This document shows, piece by piece, positions 52,019 through 64,000 of a stretch of 64,000 nucleotides of DNA. This DNA comes from Neocallimastix sp. 'constans' (lineage: Eukaryota): NCBI GenBank assembly GCA_050613775.1, contig JBODTK010000145.1, positions 124,001 to 188,000 on the forward strand, given 5' to 3'. Position 1 is the first letter of the stretch; each line of letters begins with the position of its first letter. The notes beneath the pieces are model-generated. The model made no database searches. It saw nothing but the letters and a program-made list of their open reading frames with translations, and had not been told where the DNA came from. The position numbers and the translations under genes are program-made.

Positions 52019-53224
52019 ATTATTTATTTATAAAAATTAAAATAACTAAATATAATATGATATGTTAATATATAAGCTTATAAATTAAAATAAAAAAAAA
52101 AAAAAAAAAAAAATAAATAAATAAATAAATATATAATATATAATATAATACTAATAATAATAATAATAAAGAATAATGATAGGTGCTGAAGTAGTCTCAG
52201 AAATATTAAATAAATTTGTAGATCCATTATCTATAAAGACAACAGTAAGTTAATAAAATAACTTATTATTAATGAATATCTTTTTTTAATATATATGATA
52301 AATAAAATGTTAATAATTAAATGATTATAATTAATTTTTTTTTTTTTTTTTTGTAATTTAGATTGTTATTATTGTTTTATGTGTTATATTTTTCATTATA
52401 ATATGGAAAATGAATAGTATTCCATCAAATAAACAAAAGGAAGGCTCTTCTACTAAGGAACACACACGTAATAATAGAATAAACAATAATGAAGAAAATT
52501 TACGACCAATAGGAATGTGCCCACCTCAAGCAATGGATTCAAGATTTATTGGTAATGGCCTTATCTATCAAGTAGCTCCAGCAGCAGTATACCCAGGTGA
52601 AGCACCATATTCCATACCAATTGCTTATCCACCAATCTATCCAGTAAGTTATAATATATATTTATTACTAGAAATATATTAGTATAGATATTTATTTATT
52701 TATTTATTAATTTATTTATATATTTATTTATTTAAAAAAAAAAAAAAAAAAAAAGCTATATAAAGTTTTTTGAGTTAATTTAATTAATTTAATTATTTCA
52801 TAAATTTTTTTTTTATTATCTTTATAATTTGTTGTTAAATATAATAATCATTTATTGGAACATAATATAGTATCCAGGTTATCCAATATACCAAGAAGAT
52901 CTTGATTCTTCATATTCGCCACGTTCAAGATCTAAATATAGAAAAGCATCTCGTCATCAACATTCACCACCACCACATAACCAACAAGCACCTAAAAAAT
53001 CAAATAAGGGTTATAAATTTGTAAGATCAGGTTATAATAATCGTAATCCATACTATTCAAGGTTTTCAGTTCATAATATACATTATCCACCACCTCCACC
53101 ACCACCTCATTATAGAAGTAATGTCAAGGGAAAATATTATTATGATAATGAAGATGAGGATAGTTATGAAATGGTAGATGATTACGATGAAAATACTTAT
53201 TATGATGATGAATACGAATATTAA
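50783..53224 (+). CDS. Brr6/Brl1-family nuclear envelope protein (two TM helices flanking a four-Cys lumenal domain), 7 exons
   Basis: Exons ~50783-51208, 51345-51442, 51625-51740, 51830-51968, 52172-52244, 52362-52643, 52871-53224; FNALLLVVAVWILFYFIITIKKDI..CYEKFEINKC..IPALEDTCKDWEACLNQNP..AEVVSEILNKFVDPLSIKT. Confidence 0.85.
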
Positions 53225-53652
53225 ATATATATATATATATATAATATAATTATTGTTAATACTTGTGCAATTATTATTCTTTTTATTTTTCTGCTTTAAA
53301 AATATATTTAAAAAAAAAATATTATTATTAATATTTTTATTAGTTTTAAATATAATAAAAACCTAATATTATTTAATAGTATAGTATTTATTTAATTATC
53401 CAATTATTTATTTATTTTATAAATTTAAATGATTTAAATAAATGTTTTTAATGTCACTGTTGGTTTATTTCAATATATTATTATTATTATTTATGTTATT
53501 TTTTTTTTTAAACATTTAAGACTATTTTAATTTACATTTTTATTTCAATTATATATATAAATATAAATATATTTATTATGTTTTTTGTATTAAAAAAAAT
53601 TTTTTTTTTTGAAATAATCTGTTTAAATATAAAACAAAGAAAATCAATAACC

Positions 53653-53684
<32 letters not shown>

Positions 53685-54093
53685 AAAAAAGATGAATAAA
53701 AATGAATAAAATTAAAATATTAATACACAAAAATTAAAAAATAGAAATTAAATATACACACACTCACAAAATAAAAATATATGTGTATAATAATATTAAA
53801 CAAGTTATTCTTTAATAAATATATCTTTTTTTTTTTTTTTTTTTAAATATATATGCATAAAATTTATTAATAACAGTATTTATTTATTATTATTATTTAA
53901 AAAATATAATATAAAAAAAAAAATAAAAAGAGAGAAAAGGTATAAATTCATTTGATTAAATAAATAAATAAATTAAATTAAATATTAGTATGTATATCAA
54001 TATTAATGTTGAAATTTGAAATTGAAAAGAAAAAAGAAATTAAACTTAAAATGATTTTGTTATTTTTTGCTCATGTAACATATTTTATGTAAT

Positions 54094-54897
54094 TTAATAT
54101 GGCTTTCTTTTTCTTGCATCAACATTACGATCTTTCCAAGTAGATTTACGAAGTTTTACTGGTCTATTACCAATATATTTTCCTATTAATAATAAATATT
54201 TTATTATAAGATTATAGATAATATATATTTATAGAGAGAGAGATTATTTATATAAGAATTTATATTAGTATTTTTATTTTTTATTTTTTAAAAAAAAAAA
54301 TAAAAATAAATTGATTATACATTATAATTTAATAATTTTGATTTAAAAATATTATATATAATGGTTAAATTTATTTTTAAATTACTTTAAAAAAATTAAA
54401 AAAAAAATAAAAATAAAAATAAAATAAATAAAAATAAAATTTATTCATTTATTAAATCTTACCATTCATTTCTTTCATGGCTTTAACAAAATCATTTGGA
54501 TCCTTAAAACTAACAAAACCATATCCTTTGGTTTTTAGTGAACGTTTATCACGAACAACATGTGCTTTAAGGAAGGATTTATATTTTGAAAATGCTTTTC
54601 CTAATAAATCATCGGTAACTTCATTACCCAAATCACCACAGAAAATTCTAAAATCATCTTTTGAATTTTTTTTTATTTAAAAAAATTGTAAATTTAAATA
54701 TTATTTTTTATAATGTATATTTTGATATAAATTTAGTAAAAAAAAAATATTAATTATATAATTTTTTATTGTTAATTTACAAATTTATATGAGTTAATAG
54801 TATTAAATAATTATAAATTGTAAATTATAAATTGAAAATTATAATAAATATATCATATTTTTTTTATTATTTTTTATTATATAATTATTTATCAATG

Positions 54898-54955
<58 letters not shown>

Positions 54956-55484
54956 TACTTGGATCCCAAGTTAATAATGAATCATCTTCCCATGTTTGTC
55001 CACCGGCTGATCTTATTACAGTCTTCTTCTTTGGTCTTTTTTTATTTGGATCTGCTGATTTCGCATTTAATGATGGTCGTACAGCAGTAGTTGAATCGGT
55101 ATTTGTACCAGTAGTTGTTGCTGCTGGTATATATGAACCAGTTTTTACTGGATAAGCAACTGGTGCTGGAGAAATTACGGCTGGTCTTGGTTTAATTGTT
55201 GAATCTGCTACAATAACTGGTGGTGCAACAACCGTTGGTCTTACTAACATTGGTCGAGCTGGAATGGCCGTTGTTGCTGATGATGCATAATAAGCTGATT
55301 GTACAGTTGGAACAGCAGCGGCAGCGGCAGTTGGATAGGTATAAGTATAAGGATTTGCTGGAATAACTGGTGGTGCTGCTACCGTAGGAAGAGCTGAATA
55401 TTGTGGAGCATAATATTGATTATAATAAGCTGCTTGTGAAGCAGTAGTATCTGTTGTTGTAGCTTTTGGTCTATAATAGGACAT
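54094..55484 (-). CDS. RBM42: RBM42-like single-RRM RNA-binding protein, 3 exons
   Basis: Exons 55484-54959, 54657-54463, 54182-54094; RSAGGQTWEDDSLLTWDPNDFRIFCGDLGNEV..KTKGYGFVSF..MNGKYIGNRPVKLRKSTWKDR. Confidence 0.9.
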
Positions 55485-55503
55485 AATAATTTTAATAATT
55501 TGA

Positions 55504-55534
<31 letters not shown>

Positions 55535-55748
55535 TAAATTTATTATATAGTTTTTTTTTATATATACTTTTATAAATATTATATAATTATTTTTATTAAT
55601 GTTTAATTTTTATATTGTCGAAATTATTATTTTTTTTTTTATTTTTTTAAATAATGAAGAGTAAAAAAAAAAAAAATTACTATTTTTCAATACTGTAATT
55701 TGTTAAATGCCAGAATTTTGAAATTAAAATCAAATTTTCTTCTATTTC

Positions 55749-55784
<36 letters not shown>

Positions 55785-55989
55785 TAGAAAAAAAATTAAT
55801 TTTTTTTTTTTTAATGATTATTCTAGTAATATTTTTTATTAATTTGAATTTGTTCTATTTTTTCTAAATTATTATTTAATATTATTTAAAAAAAATTATT
55901 ATTTAATTATAATACATTATATATAATGAACTAATGTATACATTTGAATTAATGTATCATTATATTAAATTACTAAAACATTAAAATTT

Positions 55990-56425
55990 ATATTTATTAT
56001 TTATTATTTAATTATTATTAATTATTTATTATTTATTATTTATTATTTATTATTTATTATTTATTATTTATTATTTATTATTTATTATTTATTATTTATT
56101 ATTTATTATTTATTATTTATTATTTATTATTTATTATTTATTATTTATTATTTATTATTTATTTATTTATTATTTATTATTTATTATTTATTATTTATTA
56201 TTTATTATTTATTATTTATTATTTATTATTTATTATTTATTATTTATTATTTATTATTTATTATTTATTATTTATTATTTATTATTTATTATTTATTATT
56301 TATTATTTATTATTTATTATTTATTATTTATTATTTATTATCTATTATTTATTATTTATTATTTATTATTTATTATTAATTATTATTTATTATTAATTAC
56401 TTATTATTTATTATTTATTAATTAT
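55990..56425. repeat. (TTATTTA)n heptamer microsatellite, ~430 bp
   Basis: Direct inspection. Confidence 0.9.
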
Positions 56426-57343
56426 TATTATTTATTACTAATATTTTTATCATAATACTATAATTATTATTTTTTTATATGTATTAATAGTATTTTTACA
56501 AATTTTAAATTTATGTTATATTATTAATTATTTTTCTACATGTCATTAAAAAAAACTTTATCATATTTTTATTCTGATAAAAAAGTATTATCTTTTTTTT
56601 TTTTTTTTTTTTTTATTAGGAAAATTAAAGTATATTAGATAAATAATTTAAACTTAGTATATTAATAGTAGTGAAATAAAAATTAATAATTATATTAATA
56701 ATCATTATTATTCTATTCTATTAATATTTATAAATTTTTATTTCACTACTATTTTATTTGTTAGATAATATTCAAATTGAAGAAAGATAAAAAAAATAGC
56801 TTAATTTTTAAACATTATATAAAAATATGAAAGAAATAATATAATATTAGAAGATATTTAAATGTACATAATATTTCTATTTATTAATTTTTATATTACT
56901 TTTTTTTTTATTTTATTTTATTTTATTTTATTTTATTTTATTTTATTTTATTTTTTAAATATTATTTAATTTTTTTTTTTTTTTTTCACTTTTTTATAAA
57001 TGGATATTCTTTATAAAAAAAATTTTTTTTTTAATATAAAAAATTTATTCGTTAAAAACTTTAAAATTTTTAATACCCTAAATCTTATTTTTAATTATGA
57101 TCTTCAGTTAATAATGTTTCTAATTTACTTATCTTTTTTTTTTTTTTTTTTTAATTCATCACATTATTAATTAAAAAAAATTTTATTTATTTTATTAATA
57201 ATAAGTATTAAGAATTTAAATATTTATAAAAAAAAATTTTTTTTTTATAATCTATATTTGAATTCAATAATTATTAATATTATAAATACTACTATTTAGC
57301 ATCAATTAATAATAACAGTATTTAAAAAAAAAAAAAAAAAAAA

Positions 57344-59590
<2,247 letters not shown>

Positions 59591-60820
59591 ACTTAATATT
59601 TATTTATTTGATTTGATAATGATAAATAAATATAAACTAAAATATTAAAAGAAAAAAATAAAAATAAAAACGGTAAAATAGAAAATAAAAAATAATAATA
59701 ATATAATTTATTTATATTTAATTAATATATAGATAATATAAAAATAAAGTAAAAATAGTAAAAATAATTTTAATCATTGTTAAGTAAATTATTTTTTATT
59801 TAATATTTACTTTAATTATTAAAGTAAATATTAAATAATAATAATAATAAGAATAATAATAATAATTAATTTAATCACCTTAAATAAATGTAAATTTGAA
59901 CATTTATATTCTCTTTATTTTATTTGAGCAAAGCTATTTTTGAAATTTAGTATTATTGAAATCTTTTATCCAATATATATTCTATATTAAATTCAATAAA
60001 AACTTTTTTTTCTCAACTACTTCTAATTTATTTTATTTTTCTAATAAAAATATAAAAGAAGATATATATATAAAATAAAAAATAAATTATTTACATTTAT
60101 GTGATTAATTAATTATATAATTAATTTGTAATAATCAACAATAAAAAATATAATAATAAAAAAAATTTAAAGAATATGAAAAAAAAGTTTTTTTTATATA
60201 AATATATAAATAATATCGAAAGTATAACAATGAAATTTAAATTTTTTTTTTTTTTTTTTTTTTTTGAGAAAAATGTTTTTTTTATTATTTTTTAATTTAT
60301 TAAATATATAGTAATTATATTTTTATATATTAAAATTATATATAAATATGATTAAAAATTGTTATATAAAAAAAAATTAATTTTTTTATAAAAAATATAA
60401 TTTATAAAAATTCCCATATCTTCTTTATATATAAAAATTAAATATTACTATTACTTTTGATTATATTTTAACTAATCTGTTTATATGTTGTATATATATA
60501 TAAATAATGATTAAATATATATTTATATAATATATAAACATATATTACATTATGAATAATTTAAATATATTCTAACATTAATTTTTTTTAAAACAGCAAT
60601 TATTGCGAACTTTAATCTTTATTTATTTATTTATTAATTACATGATAATACAATAATAAAAGAAAAAAAAAACACAAAATTAATAAAATAAATAAATATT
60701 ATTTGTTCAATTAGAACACAATAATATTTAAAATAGTAACATGAAATAAAAAGTAATATTCAAAAATAAAGTGTATAAATAAATTCAGAAAAAAGTTCAT
60801 ATGCAACGAACCTCATATCC

Positions 60821-62400
60821 TTATGGATTAGGGTTTGAATTGACTATTTGAAAGAAATTATAGTATTCTCCTTCAGAGGCATCGACCCTTCTAGCCTGTC
60901 TTACTGCATTTTCAACATTGACACTCCTGGTTAATTTGCGCTTATATTTTCAGAATAGGAACCCTTGTCAAGTACTAGCCCGATACATAATTTCTATAAA
61001 AAGAGCCGCAGATCACACCAAGAATGGTGTTTTTGAATAATTACAAGAAATGATTTGGTTCTTAAACAAAACATCCCATTCCTTTTATAATTTATATCAA
61101 TAATGTCTGCATCTATTCCACCAAGAAGGAAGTTATATAATCGGTACATACTCATTATTCAGAAAATTACTTAAATTAACACGATTTTCACCAATTGAAC
61201 TATTCACTACATTATTAGCAATGATAATATTTTTTCACTATTACTAATATTAATATTCCTGTTTTTACTATCATGAATACTACTAATATTAACGGTATTA
61301 TTTCTATTGTTATTATAAATAATATTATATATTTCGTTACAACTATCAGAGTTTGTACTTGATTCAATATTATTCATATCTGTGATAACAGTGTTTACAT
61401 TACTATTTGATATTGGACAATATTTAGAAATTATAAAAATTTTTCATAAAGAACTTCAATATCCTTAAAATATTTCATTCGAAATTCACTGAAAAAGTTA
61501 GAAAATCAGTATTCCAATCGAGGATTACTATTTTTTATATAACAACAAGGACGCCTTTCAGGATAGTCTTCTTTAATCATATTGACAGCTTTAGCAACAC
61601 GACCATCGAATTTATATCCACATCTGGCACGAAGTACCCATCAGAAGCTAATGCTAAATTCAAGATACTTATAGTTTAGCTTTTAGATACTTTCTAATTT
61701 TCTCAAATTTATTATTTTTTTTTTATAAGCCCTAGCCTTGATTGATTTTCCTGCCATATCTCTATCCCAGTAAAATTTAACAATTGCTTTTTTTGATGGA
61801 AATTTTTCCGATTTGTCTGCTAAATTTTTACTTTCTTTATCCCATACATGACGTCTACAACATGATATATCTCTAAGTAAATCAGAGATAGTACAATTTG
61901 TGTTTTTCCATTTTTTTTAAAACACCTAACCTCTAATTGCATATTTCGCCGAAAGAGGAAGGATGTTAATTTCTTTAGAAACACAATAAAGGGATGTAAA
62001 GCTATTTCCATTAGAAAATCCGGGTGTGGGGCATTTCGCCAAATTGCATTTCGCCAATTTTTTTGAAAGCATGTGGCGTATTAAAAAAATGTGGCATTTC
62101 GCCAAATTGGAATTCGCCAAGTTGCATTTCGCCAAATTGAAAATTATTAAATAACCAAATAAATCAATAAATAAAATTAAATATTATTAATATTGCATAA
62201 AAACAATTTTAAAAAAATATATTTTGAATTAATATTTATTTATTTATTCATTTATTTATATCAATACTCTACTTGTCGAAATGCAACTTGGGGAAATGCA
62301 ACATTTTAATACTACGCCACTTGTCGAAATGCAGCCTGGCGAAATGCAATTTGGGGAAATGCAACTCTCCCAGAAAATCCTTCAATCCAGTGTAATCCTA
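60821..62400 (-). pseudogene. Degenerate 5'-truncated non-LTR retrotransposon (C-terminal region), interrupted by a MITE
   Basis: Reverse strand: GLHWIEGFSNGNSFTSLYCVSKEINILPLSAK.., VLRARCGYKFDGRVAKA, TRSVNVENAVRQARR, homologous to the C-terminus of the 17094 ORF, with frameshifts. Confidence 0.85.
62022..62371. mobile_element. Non-autonomous DNA transposon (MITE), Mutator/MULE-like, 350 bp
   Basis: 9-bp TSD AGAAAATCC at 62013-62021 and 62372-62380; imperfect TIRs GGGTGTGGGGCATTTCGCCAAATTGCATTTCGCCA vs rc GGGAGAGTTGCATTTCCCCAAATTGCATTTCGCCA; AT-rich non-coding centre. Confidence 0.9.
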
Positions 62401-62449
62401 ACAATAATAATAAAACAAAATAAAACAAAAACAAAAACAAAAACAAAAA

Positions 62450-62493
<44 letters not shown>

Positions 62494-62930
62494 ATTTAAT
62501 TTAATTAAACATAAAAGTATACATATTTTTCAGAGTATATATATATATATATTATATTTAAAAGTGAATAAGATGAAAAAATAAAAATAAAAAAATATAA
62601 ATTATTTTTTATATAATTTAAATATATTTATATATATAAAACCTATAACCTTTATTATTATAATATAAAAAAATATAAACATAAATAATACTATATATAA
62701 ATTAACAATTTTATGATTATATATATATACATATATATATATATGTATATGTATTTTTTTTTTTTTTTTAATTTTTTTTATTTTATTAATTTTTTTTTTT
62801 TCCTGTATTTATTTTTAAAATTTCCCTTCTTTCTTATCTATTGAAATAAAAAAAAATATTTTTTTTCTTTTTTCTAATTTTTTTTTTTTATTTATTTTAT
62901 TTTATTTTGTAATTTAAAAAATAATTATAA

Positions 62931-62968
<38 letters not shown>

Positions 62969-63040
62969 TAATATATATTATAATCTAAATAAAAATAATA
63001 ATTTAAAAAAAAAAAAAAAAAAATAAAAAAAAATTTATTC

Positions 63041-63071
<31 letters not shown>

Positions 63072-63284
63072 TATATATATATTTGGATTATTATTATTAT
63101 ATTTATATATATATTATATAACTTTTTTTTTAATGATAATTAATTTCAAAGATTTTTCTTATTTGATTTAAATTGTTATTCATTTTTAATTTATTGTATT
63201 TCATATATATATATTATATCACCTCTTTTTTTTTTTTTTTTTTAATATTTTTTTATTTTTATTTTTTCTTTTTTTTTTTTTATT

Positions 63285-63812
63285 TTAAAGTAATAAACAT
63301 TTTCTTTGCTTCTTTGTAGTTGGTGGTTCTAATGCGGCAATAATAGCTTCATCAAAAACATTCTTTAAACCTTCACTATTACGAGCAGAACATTCTACAT
63401 ATTTAACTGCATTCATTTCTTTAGCTAATTTTTCTCCTTGTTCAAATTCAATTGGTTTTTGTTTTCTCTTTGAAAGTTTCTCTTTTTCTGCAGCATTATC
63501 TCTTAAATCAATTTGAGTACCAACAATTAAGCATGGTACAGTTGGGCAATGGTGTCGTATTTCAGGAATCCATTTTTCTTTTATATTTTCAAAACTCGAT
63601 GGATTTACAACTGAGAAACAAACTAAAAATACATCTGTTTGGGGGTAAGATAGAGGTCTTAAACGATCGTAATCTTCTTGACCAGCTGTATCGAATAAAC
63701 CGAGTGTATATGGTTCTTCACCAATCATAACAGTTACGGCATAATTATCAAAAACAGTTGGGACATAATCTTCTGGGAAATTATTTGTAGTATATGAAAT
63801 TAAAAGACATGT
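63285..63812 (-). CDS. CDC42: Cdc42 Rho-family GTPase, last coding exon (N-terminal exon not identified in window)
   Basis: [80 protein letters not shown] (CAAX); acceptor AG ends at 63813. Confidence 0.93.
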   Translation of the reverse strand, partial: TCLLISYTTNNFPEDYVPTVFDNYAVTVMIGEEPYTLGLFDTAGQEDYDRLRPLSYPQTDVFLVCFSVVNPSSFENIKEKWIPEIRHHCPTVPCLIVGTQIDLRDNAAEKEKLSKRKQKPIEFEQGEKLAKEMNAVKYVECSARNSEGLKNVFDEAIIAALEPPTTKKQRKCLLL

Positions 63813-64000
63813 CTTTATTTAATTATAAAACCAATAAAAAAAAATAAAAAAAAATTGATTAAATAATAATAATTATATAATAATAATAATAAGTTATTAT
63901 TTAGGTATAATTATTAATATTTTGTTATTATTGAATTCATTATTATGTTTTATATCGATTTTATATATTTTCAAAAGGATTTTTTGTATATATTTTTAGA

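Noticed and set aside
61926..62499. ORFs MAKCNLAN.. and MQLGEMQ..
   Set aside because: Translations of the MITE 15-bp repeats running into LINE or A-rich sequence

Overview
Extremely AT-rich eukaryotic DNA with long homopolymers and GT-AG introns. Gene content and composition suggest a fungus, most likely an anaerobic gut fungus (Neocallimastigomycota); this is inference. Host genes: a RibD-C-like reductase with an intronless CDS, two tandem intronless coiled-coil paralogs with MORN-like tails, tRNA-Glu(CTC), a C3HC4 RING protein, TFIIA-gamma, a Brr6/Brl1-domain protein, an RBM42-like RRM protein, GMP reductase and the last exon of Cdc42. Mobile DNA: a head-to-tail cluster of three non-LTR retrotransposons (15.0-24.0 kb), one with an intact 1479-aa single ORF (candidate RRM-like domain + Ser linker + APE + RT + CCHC). 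Also a minus-strand LINE remnant interrupted by a MITE with a 9-bp TSD, and two diverged copies of a ~350-bp poly(A)-flanked SINE-like element. Most unusual signals: (1) GC-balanced 'filler' islands built from serial short hairpins, found at LINE junctions and next to A-tracts; (2) a scrambled mosaic of LINE micro-fragments; (3) poly(T) at LINE 5' junctions; (4) frequent AAG splice acceptors, one directly after 38 A's.
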